64,000 nt of DNA from a virus. The DNA is taken from the IMG/VR virus record IMGVR_UViG_3300024999_000041, positions 32,001 to 96,000 of that record. One strand, given 5' to 3'. Below, one piece after another: positions 8,974-18,559 of the stretch. The translations under genes were made by a program, and so were the position numbers. Position 1 is the first letter of the stretch; each line of letters begins with the position of its first letter. The notes beneath the pieces are model-generated. The model saw only the letters and a program-made list of their open reading frames with translations, ran no database searches and was not told where the DNA came from.

Positions 8974-9160
8974 TTTTAGTTTCTTCCTTTTCTTTATTCT
9001 CGTGATGTTCTACGTAGAATCTATAAAACTCCTTTAAAAAATAGAATCCACACATAAGACAAAGGATGCCCCAGAAATATTCACCTGATTTTAAATCGTT
9101 GAATCCAATATATAAATCCATGAAAGATAAAAATAAAAGAAAAACTTGTACTCCAGTCAT
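8966..9160 (-). CDS. Small two-TM membrane protein
   Basis: Two hydrophobic segments. Confidence 0.55.
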   Translation of the reverse strand: MTGVQVFLLFLSFMDLYIGFNDLKSGEYFWGILCLMCGFYFLKEFYRFYVEHHENKEKEETKNV

Positions 9161-9388
9161 TTAATTATTCACATACCTTTCCCTATCAGATTGTATTTGT
9201 CTTCTTACAATCTTAAGGTCTTCTTCATCACCTGTTATTCTAATACGATAATCTTCAAAGAATAAACCAGAGTCTTTCTCATATTCTACCCTTACATTAT
9301 CATATTTAAAATCTAAAGCTCTTAAGTAACTTCCAAAGTTAGCAAGCTTAGTACATTCAACAGTAAATTTTAATACAGCCTCTGCCAT
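9161..9388 (-). CDS. Hypothetical protein
   Basis: AAGGAG RBS after promoter. Confidence 0.65.
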   Translation of the reverse strand: MAEAVLKFTVECTKLANFGSYLRALDFKYDNVRVEYEKDSGLFFEDYRIRITGDEEDLKIVRRQIQSDRERYVNN

Positions 9389-9408
9389 TAATTTCTCCTT
9401 GTATATTC

Positions 9409-9460
9409 ATCATATACTATATTGAATTATACTACAAGTGTTTGTAACTAAACTGTTACT
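9409..9460 (-). promoter_or_regulatory. Early promoter module with AGTAAC-N6-GTTACA box
   Basis: ACAC-TTGTAG-17-TATGAT; box 5 nt upstream of -35. Confidence 0.6.
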
Positions 9461-9777
9461 AATTCTTTTCTTCTGAGTCGAGAAACAATTCCTAAAAGTC
9501 CTTGATGTAGTAAAACATGTTCGTCATGAGACATTATTTGTAAGTTAGAAATATGATTATTAGACTTATTTAAATCTCTATGATGTACCTCATATCCATC
9601 GGGAATTTCAATATCCATTGCTAAGAAGAGTAATCTGTGTTCTAGGATTAAGAAACTTCCTTCGTCTCCTTTGTACCTAACTAACACATACCCGTTATGA
9701 GTAATTTTTCTTTCTCCTTCTCTAAATACTTTCTTAACTAGCTCTTTGTCTCTAGTAAGTCTTTTAATACTTGCCAT
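9448..9777 (-). CDS. HNH endonuclease
   Basis: GYVLV...EHRL...VHHRDLNKSNNHISNL...EHVLLH; ends KELVTV. Confidence 0.8.
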   Translation of the reverse strand: MASIKRLTRDKELVKKVFREGERKITHNGYVLVRYKGDEGSFLILEHRLLFLAMDIEIPDGYEVHHRDLNKSNNHISNLQIMSHDEHVLLHQGLLGIVSRLRRKELVTV

Positions 9778-10000
9778 TAAAATCTCCTGTCAGTTCATTT
9801 AACATCTTTACCGTTTCATAATTCATAACCTTATAATCTGTTGTGGAATGATATCTTTTCATTTCTTGAAGATACACATAGGCTAACTCTTCAGTAGGAA
9901 CAGTATAATCTATTTGTTCTTCGGTTGCTTCTCCAGTACAACAGATATACCAATGATTAGGATTTCTGTCTCGTTGTCCTTGAAATGCTACGCAATACAT
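9764..10000 (-). CDS. EL[VIT]-tag family small protein (tag plus extension)
   Basis: ...KMLNELT-GDFNGKY. Confidence 0.65.
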   Translation of the reverse strand: MYCVAFQGQRDRNPNHWYICCTGEATEEQIDYTVPTEELAYVYLQEMKRYHSTTDYKVMNYETVKMLNELTGDFNGKY

Positions 10001-10024
10001 TTTCTTCTCCTTATGTATATACTT

Positions 10025-10077
10025 AGCATAACAAAAAGAAGACTATATTTCAAGTCTTCTTCTATTACTTTGTTACA
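10025..10077 (-). promoter_or_regulatory. Early promoter overlapping an intrinsic terminator
   Basis: TTGAAA-17-TATGCT; AGAAGAC/GTCTTCT hairpin plus T-run; TGTAACA half box. Confidence 0.6.
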
Positions 10078-10089
10078 ATTATTTACAGA

Positions 10090-11406
10090 CTATACTATGC
10101 TTGTAATTTGTCCGTCTACTACTGTTATTGTTTTGCCATCTACCGTTGTAAAGCTACCATTAATAGCATTCTTAGTTACGCAATTGTTAAGAGCATCTTT
10201 AACTGAAGTTCCAGAAACTGAAGAATCGTTTGCTAATGCTGAAGCATGACTCATCAAGTCTACGTTACCAGAGTTAAGAACTATCACGTTAGCTGGATTT
10301 TCTGGGGCAGATACTACATCATAGTTAAGATAAGCTGTAGCTCCATCAGAAGTTAAGCTTCCCCAAGTATGACAAGTATGTATTTCTAACCAACAATTAT
10401 TTATAACTGAGACATTGTTTAAACCAGAGTTAGCAATGTTTCTTGTACCAGAATCTCCATAAACTGGGTCAGGAACTTCTAAACCTACATCATCTATTAC
10501 AACATTTCCGTATACCATAGAGTCTCTTACTATCATGTGGGAAGAATGTTGTGTAAGATTTCCACTAATTAAACAATCATTGGTAATTTGAAGGTAGTCA
10601 ACTGTTCCTCTAAAATTAGATACTATACTATCAGCCCACATATCTGCTAACCAAACTGAAACTCCATTTACTACTCCCGCAGGTTTATCAAAAGTAATTG
10701 TTCCTTTGATAGTGATATCCCTTATCTCTAATCTACCACCAGTACTGAATGTACAAAGATGAGTTCCTGTTACTTTAGTAGTTTCTTTTGATTCACCTTT
10801 TAAACATACATAAGGTTTGAATGCTAAGTTTTCTGTGTAAGCTCCTGCTTTTATTTCTAACATATATTTCTTGGAGTTGCTTGCATCAGAGATAGAATCA
10901 ATAGCAGATTGAATTGTCTTAAATGGTTTCATTTGAGAACCATCTTCTGTGTAAGAATCGGTTCTTGTGTTGTCTACGAATTTAACTTCTGTAACGGGGA
11001 TTACTATTAAAGCATCTAGTACAGCACGGTTAGTATGAGCTATAGCTGTATGGTCATACGTTGTTTCGTGTGTAGTCATGACCCCATTAACAAAAGTAGC
11101 ATCTACGGAAGAACCTTGTAGACTTACTACTTCAGTTTGAATAGTTTGAACTGCTTCATTCATTTCTGATATAGTATCTTTAAAGGCTTGTGGAGTTAAT
11201 TGTTCTGCATCACGAGGAACAGGTATAGATAAATCTACTGTAGCTCCTAATAATACCAAGGTATCAAAGGGGGCTATTGCTGATATTATCTGTACTTCTG
11301 TATAACCTATTGGAGCATTTACAGTAGTTAAAGGTGCTACTGTAAAGTTAGCAAGCTCGGATATAATAACTTGGGAGCTTCCCGTATTTTGAATTTGAAG
11401 TGCCAT
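10090..11406 (-). CDS. Probable virion-associated beta-helix (pectin lyase-like) protein
   Basis: DGSQMKPFKTIQSAI, GAYTENL, LKGE motifs; T/V/S/N-rich. Confidence 0.55.
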   Translation of the reverse strand: MALQIQNTGSSQVIISELANFTVAPLTTVNAPIGYTEVQIISAIAPFDTLVLLGATVDLSIPVPRDAEQLTPQAFKDTISEMNEAVQTIQTEVVSLQGSSVDATFVNGVMTTHETTYDHTAIAHTNRAVLDALIVIPVTEVKFVDNTRTDSYTEDGSQMKPFKTIQSAIDSISDASNSKKYMLEIKAGAYTENLAFKPYVCLKGESKETTKVTGTHLCTFSTGGRLEIRDITIKGTITFDKPAGVVNGVSVWLADMWADSIVSNFRGTVDYLQITNDCLISGNLTQHSSHMIVRDSMVYGNVVIDDVGLEVPDPVYGDSGTRNIANSGLNNVSVINNCWLEIHTCHTWGSLTSDGATAYLNYDVVSAPENPANVIVLNSGNVDLMSHASALANDSSVSGTSVKDALNNCVTKNAINGSFTTVDGKTITVVDGQITSIV

Positions 11407-11496
11407 TTTTTAATTCCTTATATTTTATTACTCACTTAAAATATAAAATAATTGTATAGTAGACAATTTAATCCATTAATTCCTTCATAATTTATT

Positions 11497-11793
11497 TCAT
11501 TTTGTCAACTCATCTATAAATTTATCTACCACATCTCTTTTTCTTTGTTTCCATACGGCTATCATATATCTATACATAAACCAAGGAAATATTACAAATA
11601 CTATTAAAAGAATGTATCTTTCATTCTCATAAATATCAAAGACATCTCTAAATACTAGATAGTCCCAAAGCTCATTACAAAAAGAAGGAGGAGAGTATAT
11701 TCTTATAAAAATTAAAAATGCTATGAAATTAAAAGTACAGTATAATACAAAGACAAGTAGCATTATAAGTAGTATAGCAAATACTTCTTTCAT
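11497..11793 (-). CDS. Two-TM membrane protein with EL[VIT] tag
   Basis: Two hydrophobic segments; ends KFIDELTK. Confidence 0.65.
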   Translation of the reverse strand: MKEVFAILLIMLLVFVLYCTFNFIAFLIFIRIYSPPSFCNELWDYLVFRDVFDIYENERYILLIVFVIFPWFMYRYMIAVWKQRKRDVVDKFIDELTK

Positions 11794-12053
11794 TAGTCAG
11801 TAAGCTCTTTCATTAAATCAGCAGTTATAAACTTAATATTAAATTGTTCTAAATCTTTAGAACAAGTCATCTTCCCATCTATAATTGCTTTCTGTATCTT
11901 ACGTGTATATATTTCAAGATGCACTGGACATAAATCTATGTGTTCCCAATCGGAAGTATATCTATCATAGTCCAAAGATTCTCCATGATAAAGTTGTATC
12001 TTTCTAACATATTCTATTTCATTACATTTATCACATCGTCTTATACTAACCAT
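11793..12053 (-). CDS. Zn-finger protein with EL[VIT] tag
   Basis: CDKC...CPVH; ends DLMKELTD. Confidence 0.7.
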   Translation of the reverse strand: MVSIRRCDKCNEIEYVRKIQLYHGESLDYDRYTSDWEHIDLCPVHLEIYTRKIQKAIIDGKMTCSKDLEQFNIKFITADLMKELTD

Positions 12054-12054
12054 A

Positions 12055-12318
12055 TCAATCTCCTGTTAATTCTTTAAACACATCTAATTCTTGTTTCTTA
12101 ATACAATAATCTATCAGAACCATATAGTCGTCTATCTCTTCAATAAACTTATAAGTAAAGACTATTAAACTTCCACAGTCGGAACAAGTATGAGTAGTAC
12201 TTAATTTATCTAGGGTTCCTTTAACATAATAGGGTTGTCTACAAATAGGACAGGTACTAATAAATCCATAAGACCTCATACTCAAAAAGAACTTTGTAAT
12301 GATACCGATTATGTTCAT
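12055..12318 (-). CDS. Zn-ribbon protein with EL[VIT] tag
   Basis: CPIC...CSDC; ends VFKELTGD; start moved to ATGA overlap. Confidence 0.65.
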   Translation of the reverse strand: MNIIGIITKFFLSMRSYGFISTCPICRQPYYVKGTLDKLSTTHTCSDCGSLIVFTYKFIEEIDDYMVLIDYCIKKQELDVFKELTGD

Positions 12319-12647
12319 GCTACTAATTCCCACATTGTTCTTACAGTATCTATATCTTCTGTTATCCTAGTTACTATAAGATGAGGATAAACTTTATTAT
12401 CAAATATTGTAGGCTTATCTAATTCAAAATCATGAGAGACTCTTCCATCTATCCACAATCCTTTTTCCATATCCCTAACTAAGACTTCGAGCACGTTAGG
12501 AACTCCTCTGCCTAGCATACCCTTTGTTTGTAGGTATCCAGAAGAAGTTTTAATTATGAAAAAGTAAACAGGGTCAGTCTCCGTGTAACTATCAAAAGCA
12601 CAAGGGTTCTTCACCATCCATACATCTTCTATTTTAATTACTGTCAT
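12315..12647 (-). CDS. EL[VIT]-tag family small protein
   Basis: Ends VRTMWELVA. Confidence 0.75.
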   Translation of the reverse strand: MTVIKIEDVWMVKNPCAFDSYTETDPVYFFIIKTSSGYLQTKGMLGRGVPNVLEVLVRDMEKGLWIDGRVSHDFELDKPTIFDNKVYPHLIVTRITEDIDTVRTMWELVA

Positions 12648-12904
12648 ACTACAAGTTCTCTCATTACTCTGTACGCTTCTATTTTCTCTATGTATTCTTG
12701 TACCTTGTCTTTATCTATTTCAAAGATACCTTGAGATATCATATAGTGAGTTTGAGCTTTGATACCTTCCATACTCATAGGTTGGAAACAATCCCATTTA
12801 CCATGATAGTTTAGTTCATAGGTCTTATCATTATAAGACTTAAACACTCTAACTTTTATTATAGAATCGGGGAAGCATAATTCATAGTATCTAATCTTTG
12901 TCAA
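12644..12904 (-). CDS. EL[VIT]-tag family small protein
   Basis: Ends YRVMRELVV. Confidence 0.75.
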   Translation of the reverse strand: MTKIRYYELCFPDSIIKVRVFKSYNDKTYELNYHGKWDCFQPMSMEGIKAQTHYMISQGIFEIDKDKVQEYIEKIEAYRVMRELVV

Positions 12905-13311
12905 GTTACAAGCTCCCTCATATATTTAAAAGTCTTGAAGTCTTCTTGGTTTAAATCAGTAAAGGCATAAGTAACAGAACCACCGTTGTAATAATCTATA
13001 CCGAATACATGTTTCACTGGTAAATCATCATCGTAGTATACAGTCTGCCAAATCTGGTCTCTATTATTTGTCTGACCATAGTTTAATCTTATAGCTTCTA
13101 AGTTTGGCTTGGGGTTAGTTATATGCACTATAACATCCCCTTGTATATAATTTACCATTCCGTATCCTAAAGCACCATTGACAGGAACCAACTGATTGAA
13201 TCCGTCATCCATAAGATAATTTTTAGTCAGTACTCCTTCATGGCTGAAAATTACACTCAGGGTATTTTCTCTTATGTTTCCTAGGGTCTCTATGCAGAAA
13301 TCACTTATCAT
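12901..13311 (-). CDS. EL[VIT]-tag family protein
   Basis: Ends FKYMRELVT. Confidence 0.75.
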   Translation of the reverse strand: MISDFCIETLGNIRENTLSVIFSHEGVLTKNYLMDDGFNQLVPVNGALGYGMVNYIQGDVIVHITNPKPNLEAIRLNYGQTNNRDQIWQTVYYDDDLPVKHVFGIDYYNGGSVTYAFTDLNQEDFKTFKYMRELVT

Positions 13312-13829
13312 GCTACTAACTCCTGCATCATTAGAAACTTATCAACATTGTCTACTATCTCAATTACTTTAAGTAAGTCTCTGGCTTTTATACAGGATTC
13401 GTCCCCTTCTACAGATAGTATCATCCTACCATTTTTCATAACCTTCTTAACTTCTAGTTCAGTTTTGTTATCGAAGTTACCGTCAGTGTATATACGCAAG
13501 GACACTATAAAGATATCTCCGTTCCAGATATTATCACACATCCAGATACTGGGACGAAAGCTAGTGTTAGCCTCAATAAGATTCTCTATCTCGTGAATAT
13601 GTTTATATCTCTTATTAGTATTTGCTTTCCCAAAATCTTTATAGGTATCTAAAAGCTTACTGTGTAGTTGTCTTAACTTCTTGTCATACCAAGGATGTAA
13701 GTTTCCTTTCCTATCTGTTACGTAGGTAGGTAACTCTTCTTCTTTCTCTTCAGTTACACTTTCTCCTATAAATAGATTCTTAATATATTCTATTAAAGAA
13801 AAGTGTTCATTACAACAAGGACATTTCAA
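13308..13829 (-). CDS. EL[VIT]-tag family protein
   Basis: Ends VDKFLMMQELVA. Confidence 0.75.
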   Translation of the reverse strand: MKCPCCNEHFSLIEYIKNLFIGESVTEEKEEELPTYVTDRKGNLHPWYDKKLRQLHSKLLDTYKDFGKANTNKRYKHIHEIENLIEANTSFRPSIWMCDNIWNGDIFIVSLRIYTDGNFDNKTELEVKKVMKNGRMILSVEGDESCIKARDLLKVIEIVDNVDKFLMMQELVA

Positions 13830-14131
13830 CTTACAAGTTCCCTCATCATTACATATTTATCTATCTCTGCTAAGTATTGTTCTTTAGTTCTGTACTCTTT
13901 TATTATATCGTTATAGAATTTCTCATGATTAGTTGTATAAGAAGTTTGTAACCTATTACCAACTACAGTAAGAATCTTTCCTCTCTGTAAGTCATGAGAG
14001 TTACATACGAAAGAATAAGCGAAGGCTCCTTGGATAAATCCTTCAGTTTCCCAATACATAAAGGAACACTCGGGGGAATTATAATCAGTGTTAAGACACT
14101 TTGATATTTTAAAGTACCTTGACTTATTCAT
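13826..14131 (-). CDS. EL[VIT]-tag family small protein
   Basis: Ends EIDKYVMMRELVS. Confidence 0.75.
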   Translation of the reverse strand: MNKSRYFKISKCLNTDYNSPECSFMYWETEGFIQGAFAYSFVCNSHDLQRGKILTVVGNRLQTSYTTNHEKFYNDIIKEYRTKEQYLAEIDKYVMMRELVS

Positions 14132-14388
14132 AGCGTTAATTCTTTCATAGTTAATATTTTATCTATTTCTTCTGGGTCAAATATTATAGAGAGTACTTGG
14201 AAACCTCCATCATTTTTATCTCCAGAACATAGAACTCTTTTTAAAGCTTCTGTTAAATCCTCTTCATAACATTCATAGTCAAATCCATCATTCAGATAAG
14301 TACATCTTAATTGATTACCTTTCTGATAGTAGTAGTGTTCATTAATCTTTCCACTCCTTCTTGTCTTTACTATGATTCTTTCTATCAT
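14128..14388 (-). CDS. EL[VIT]-tag family small protein
   Basis: Ends EEIDKILTMKELTL. Confidence 0.75.
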   Translation of the reverse strand: MIERIIVKTRRSGKINEHYYYQKGNQLRCTYLNDGFDYECYEEDLTEALKRVLCSGDKNDGGFQVLSIIFDPEEIDKILTMKELTL

Positions 14389-14687
14389 GATACTAGCTCT
14401 TTCATCATAACATACTTTTCTATTTCTTGCAAGTACTCTTCTTCAGAATTATATTCTTCTAAGTAACTATGAACTGTAGTAGTTGTTCCGTAGGCTCCTC
14501 GTTCCACTAACTGTACTGCATCTATTGTTTCACATCTTTTAGCTACTGTATGTGTACATTTACAATGAACTTGTCTTTCAAAATCATATACATAAAGTAT
14601 ATCCCCTATTATATAAATCATAGATATACCACCAGAACAATGCTTATCTCTCCAAGACATTAGAGGTAACTTGTAATACTGAATCAT
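14385..14687 (-). CDS. EL[VIT]-tag family small protein
   Basis: Ends EIEKYVMMKELVS. Confidence 0.75.
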   Translation of the reverse strand: MIQYYKLPLMSWRDKHCSGGISMIYIIGDILYVYDFERQVHCKCTHTVAKRCETIDAVQLVERGAYGTTTTVHSYLEEYNSEEEYLQEIEKYVMMKELVS

Positions 14688-15028
14688 TCTACAAGCTCCT
14701 TTAGCGTTCTATACTTAGTAAGACATCTCTGTAATCCTTTCTTGGTTCTGAATTCATATATGTTCCACTGTCGTACTCCTTCACTATAGGATAGACTGTC
14801 GGCTATGTCATCTACCCAATCCCACAACCAATCATGGCTTGTGTAATCACATCCTTCTAGTATTAAGTCTTCCCCCAGATTATACCTTATATAATCTCCA
14901 TATCCATCCTCATCTCGTTCTTGTACTTCGTAAGCAAAGAACCTATCATCCACTTCTGGTATTAAGGGAACAGCAAGATAGAATCTATCGGGTCTTATGT
15001 TACATACAAGTTTCTCTATCTGTTTCAT
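14684..15028 (-). CDS. EL[VIT]-tag family small protein
   Basis: Ends YRTLKELVE. Confidence 0.75.
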   Translation of the reverse strand: MKQIEKLVCNIRPDRFYLAVPLIPEVDDRFFAYEVQERDEDGYGDYIRYNLGEDLILEGCDYTSHDWLWDWVDDIADSLSYSEGVRQWNIYEFRTKKGLQRCLTKYRTLKELVE

Positions 15029-15291
15029 GATACGAGTTCCTGCATCATTAAGTAATTATCAACCTCACAGTTTTCTATCTCGTAGAAAATATCTGGAAAC
15101 AACATAACATCTTTATCTATAACAAGGTCATGGAATATTAACAGGTTCTTGTGTACCTCTGCTGTAGAAGATACTCCCCATCTTATAAACTTTAATACTG
15201 TATATTTAGGGTTACTGAGGCTAGTACCTAAAGGATAATATAGATAGTGCTTCCCTGTTATACACTTATAGGTTCTCTTTAGTTGATTCAT
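15025..15291 (-). CDS. EL[VIT]-tag family small protein
   Basis: Ends EVDNYLMMQELVS. Confidence 0.75.
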   Translation of the reverse strand: MNQLKRTYKCITGKHYLYYPLGTSLSNPKYTVLKFIRWGVSSTAEVHKNLLIFHDLVIDKDVMLFPDIFYEIENCEVDNYLMMQELVS

Positions 15292-15584
15292 TCTACTAAT
15301 TCCTCTATCATTAGTTCATTTTGAAACCGACCCCAAGTTATTTCTTCTATAGGATTACCCTTGCTTTTAATCCAGTTGAAGAATTCTAACTGAGTATTGT
15401 GTCTTGTTGTATACCATGATTTACTAACCTTGTCCCAAACTTCTAGTATGTACTTGTCTGGTTCTTTATAAGTAAGAATGTTATGTTTTCTATAATAAAC
15501 ATAAACAGTCTTATCTTCTGATTTTATAGACGGGTCGGTATAATTCCAGTTACGGAATTCTACTTTGAAATAAATATCTTTCAT
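15288..15584 (-). CDS. EL[VIT]-tag family small protein
   Basis: Ends ELMIEELVE. Confidence 0.75.
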   Translation of the reverse strand: MKDIYFKVEFRNWNYTDPSIKSEDKTVYVYYRKHNILTYKEPDKYILEVWDKVSKSWYTTRHNTQLEFFNWIKSKGNPIEEITWGRFQNELMIEELVE

Positions 15585-15877
15585 TCAATAAGCTCCACCA
15601 AGGATGCTCTAAGACTTTCCAAATCAGATAGGCTATTGGACTCTGCTATTATAGTATGACCTCTGCTTTTTATGAACTCTGGAAAGAGTAAAATATAGTT
15701 CTTCTGTGCTATAGTCCAGTTGGCTATATCGTTATATCTGAAGTAGAAGTAAACGTCGTCATTAAATTCATTATTAACATCAGGAACTACTTTGTAGATA
15801 AAGTACAAAGGCTTAGTAGAGTGAAGTACACTCTTAACTAAACAATAGAAAGATGGTCTTAAAGGTTTTGCTCTCAT
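15581..15877 (-). CDS. EL[VIT]-tag family small protein
   Basis: Ends RASLVELIE. Confidence 0.7.
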   Translation of the reverse strand: MRAKPLRPSFYCLVKSVLHSTKPLYFIYKVVPDVNNEFNDDVYFYFRYNDIANWTIAQKNYILLFPEFIKSRGHTIIAESNSLSDLESLRASLVELIE

Positions 15878-16110
15878 GATATTAATTCCTTCATTGCAAG
15901 GGAAGCTTCAAATTCTTCTGTAGGAATTTGTTCTATCTTATATTGGAAAGCCTCAGCTACTCTTATCATTTCAGCCTCATCTATGAAAGAAACAGTAGAC
16001 CAACAATCTTTATAGTTACCATCATAATAGCTAATAAGATTATTGTCTCTTACTCTATAGATGTCATCCGTATTGTTATCTGTATTTGTAACTCTAAAAT
16101 ATTTAGTCAT
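15874..16110 (-). CDS. EL[VIT]-tag family small protein
   Basis: Ends EEFEASLAMKELIS. Confidence 0.75.
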   Translation of the reverse strand: MTKYFRVTNTDNNTDDIYRVRDNNLISYYDGNYKDCWSTVSFIDEAEMIRVAEAFQYKIEQIPTEEFEASLAMKELIS

Positions 16111-16346
16111 AAAATAAGTTCTTCCATTATTAAGGTTGCTTCAAATTCATCTGAGGTAAGTTCGGTTAAGATATAACTTTCTGGATATCTACTAGCACAG
16201 TCTATACAAGAGTCTGCGTTAAGTATGGAGGTTCTATCCCACCAGCCTCTTTTCTTATTATATATCTGTGCTTTATCATTGTCAACACATTTATAATAAT
16301 CTGTTACATTTGTATACTTCTTATAAACTTTAAAGTATCTTATCAC
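16107..16346 (-). CDS. EL[VIT]-tag family small protein
   Basis: Ends DEFEATLIMEELIL; paralog of 15874..16110. Confidence 0.75.
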   Translation of the reverse strand: MIRYFKVYKKYTNVTDYYKCVDNDKAQIYNKKRGWWDRTSILNADSCIDCASRYPESYILTELTSDEFEATLIMEELIL

Positions 16347-16660
16347 TTAGTTAATTCCTCCATGAATAAGAACTTATCTAATTCCTCTTCGGAGTCTAAT
16401 TCCCAGAGAGACATATCGTGAGACAGATAATTCCATGTAACAAACCACTTATGTAAATCCATCCGAAGAGTAGAATCTGTAGCTTCAGAAGTATGCCATA
16501 TCTTTCTATTCCTAGTACTGGTAAGCTTCTTATAATTGAAGTTACCTATAGGAATAAACACATGTAAGTTCTCAGTAATAAAAGTTTCTCCAAGATGTAC
16601 TACGTATATCTTATCATGTTCTATTTTAAAAGTATGGTGTATGTTGCCTAAGTTTCTCAT
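16343..16660 (-). CDS. EL[VIT]-tag family small protein
   Basis: Ends EELDKFLFMEELTK. Confidence 0.75.
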   Translation of the reverse strand: MRNLGNIHHTFKIEHDKIYVVHLGETFITENLHVFIPIGNFNYKKLTSTRNRKIWHTSEATDSTLRMDLHKWFVTWNYLSHDMSLWELDSEEELDKFLFMEELTK

Positions 16661-16911
16661 GCCACTAACTCACTCATCATTCTTACAGACCTTCTGTAGT
16701 CGTTGACAGTTTCAAAGTCTACTTCTTTATAGGAATCTCCTATAAATTGAATAAGAGATTCTTCACTCTTGAAATGTAAATCATTAACTGCATTGTTTGT
16801 TTTCCACATGTGGTTTTCAAAATAGTTATATTCAGCAAACCACGTATTAATTTGTTTGTAGCAGTAAGTAGTTATGTAAGATTTATTATCTGGATTAATA
16901 TAATATCTCAA
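16657..16911 (-). CDS. EL[VIT]-tag family small protein
   Basis: Ends VRMMSELVA. Confidence 0.75.
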   Translation of the reverse strand: MRYYINPDNKSYITTYCYKQINTWFAEYNYFENHMWKTNNAVNDLHFKSEESLIQFIGDSYKEVDFETVNDYRRSVRMMSELVA

Positions 16912-17264
16912 GACACTAACTCCTCTATCATTCTCTCAGAGAGATATTCTTTTTCGTCTAAGAGATATATTTTTCTGAACATATATTCATAATAAGACCT
17001 GTTAGATGTTCTTAGGTCAGCATTTATTAGATTACATATATCAGCATGGAAGTTGATATTGTATAGTAGTTCTAGGAACTGGTCTATCTCTTTCGCACTA
17101 GAAGTTCTAAAGTCTATGTATACTTTCTTCTGTCTGTTGAAAGTACTTGTTATGACCCAGTATCTTTTTATACTCCAAAAGAACCATCTTATTATAAAAT
17201 GATTATGCTTTTTAAATACTGAAAAGATATTAAAGATACTTGACCTGTTACCTACTTCTATCAT
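16908..17264 (-). CDS. EL[VIT]-tag family small protein
   Basis: Ends ERMIEELVS. Confidence 0.75.
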   Translation of the reverse strand: MIEVGNRSSIFNIFSVFKKHNHFIIRWFFWSIKRYWVITSTFNRQKKVYIDFRTSSAKEIDQFLELLYNINFHADICNLINADLRTSNRSYYEYMFRKIYLLDEKEYLSERMIEELVS

Positions 17265-17554
17265 GACACTAATTCTTTCATTACTGAGTATTTACTTATT
17301 TCTTTTAGATACTCTTCCTCTGTTTCATATATTTCCAGTATTGGGAAATTAAAGGTTCTATTAGTTCTCGACAACCAAACATGTAGACAGTCTCCTTTTA
17401 TGTAGGAACAAGTCTGTCTTATCTTAGAACATCTATGCTCTCCTTTTACAAAGTTATAACCACGGTCTTGGTCTCCGTCCAGAGTTATAAAAGAAACTCC
17501 CGCAGAAGTAAAATGTTTATTAGGGAGTCCTTGCATTTTTAAATACATCTTCAT
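17261..17554 (-). CDS. EL[VIT]-tag family small protein
   Basis: Ends EISKYSVMKELVS. Confidence 0.75.
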   Translation of the reverse strand: MKMYLKMQGLPNKHFTSAGVSFITLDGDQDRGYNFVKGEHRCSKIRQTCSYIKGDCLHVWLSRTNRTFNFPILEIYETEEEYLKEISKYSVMKELVS

Positions 17555-17796
17555 CCGACAAGTTCCTGCATAAATAAAAAGTTATCAAGTTCTTCTTTAG
17601 TTACTTCTTTTATACCTAAGAATCTTTTATCATGTTGAGCACCTCCCAGATACCAATCCGTCGTTACCCATTCTTTGGATTTAACCATGAGTTCTTTCCA
17701 TCTCCAGTATCTCTTATGAACTCCTATTTTAAAGTATCTATATCTAGGGGTACTTCTATACCCATCAAACAATGTTAGATAATAACGGTACTTCAT
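17551..17796 (-). CDS. EL[VIT]-tag family small protein
   Basis: Start moved to ATGA overlap (MKYRYY); ends EELDNFLFMQELVG. Confidence 0.75.
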   Translation of the reverse strand: MKYRYYLTLFDGYRSTPRYRYFKIGVHKRYWRWKELMVKSKEWVTTDWYLGGAQHDKRFLGIKEVTKEELDNFLFMQELVG

Positions 17797-17984
17797 TCGA
17801 CAAGTTCCTGCATAGTTATATATCTTAAGGCTTTCTCTCCTGAAATTATATGACCAGCCACTCCGCCTACGGACAAGTTCCACTCTCCATTATACCAGTA
17901 CTCTAATCTTTTTTCAATATAATCGTACCGATATATTAAGGGATTGTAAAATTCTTCTGTAGATATATGATACTGATATCTCAT
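17793..17984 (-). CDS. EL[VIT]-tag family small protein
   Basis: Start moved to ATGA overlap (MRYQY); ends YITMQELVE. Confidence 0.75.
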   Translation of the reverse strand: MRYQYHISTEEFYNPLIYRYDYIEKRLEYWYNGEWNLSVGGVAGHIISGEKALRYITMQELVE

Positions 17985-18226
17985 GCTATTAATTCCTTCA
18001 TACAAAGATAAGCATCTATTTCTTCTGGGTCAGTAATTAAAGTACAACTTCTACCATAATCTTTAAAATAAGATAGGTCTTCCAATTTAGCACTAGGATT
18101 ATAGTAGGAGAAGATAAGCTTCTTACCTCCTATATAATAGTATTCTATCTTATTATCCCAACCATAAAAGAATAAAGTAGATTTGGTATCTGTTGAATTA
18201 ATAACTAAAAGTCTACTTAGAGTCAT
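17981..18226 (-). CDS. EL[VIT]-tag family small protein
   Basis: Ends EEIDAYLCMKELIA. Confidence 0.75.
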   Translation of the reverse strand: MTLSRLLVINSTDTKSTLFFYGWDNKIEYYYIGGKKLIFSYYNPSAKLEDLSYFKDYGRSCTLITDPEEIDAYLCMKELIA

Positions 18227-18549
18227 ACTGTTAGTTCCTTCATGAATTCTAAGGTGCCATAGTCTTCTGCTTCTGCCAGTACTTCGTAACCGTACTCAAG
18301 AAAATATTGTTCTGGTTTAAGTCCTAACCTTCTAGGTAACGTAAGCCAACCATAATCTTTCCTATGAATGTCATAGTAATAATTATAAGTGCCGTCTCCG
18401 TTTAGTCCAAGAGTTAATCTACATATAGATATATCTAAGTTATTTTTAATATACTTATAACTGTCCTTGACAAGATAGAATCTCTTACCAGATTCTTCAT
18501 AAGCTTTTAGCTTTCCTTGTTCATCTTCTGCTATAAAAACTTTCTTCAT
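18223..18549 (-). CDS. EL[VIT]-tag family small protein
   Basis: Ends LEFMKELTV. Confidence 0.75.
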   Translation of the reverse strand: MKKVFIAEDEQGKLKAYEESGKRFYLVKDSYKYIKNNLDISICRLTLGLNGDGTYNYYYDIHRKDYGWLTLPRRLGLKPEQYFLEYGYEVLAEAEDYGTLEFMKELTV

Positions 18550-18559
18550 ATCAACCTTC

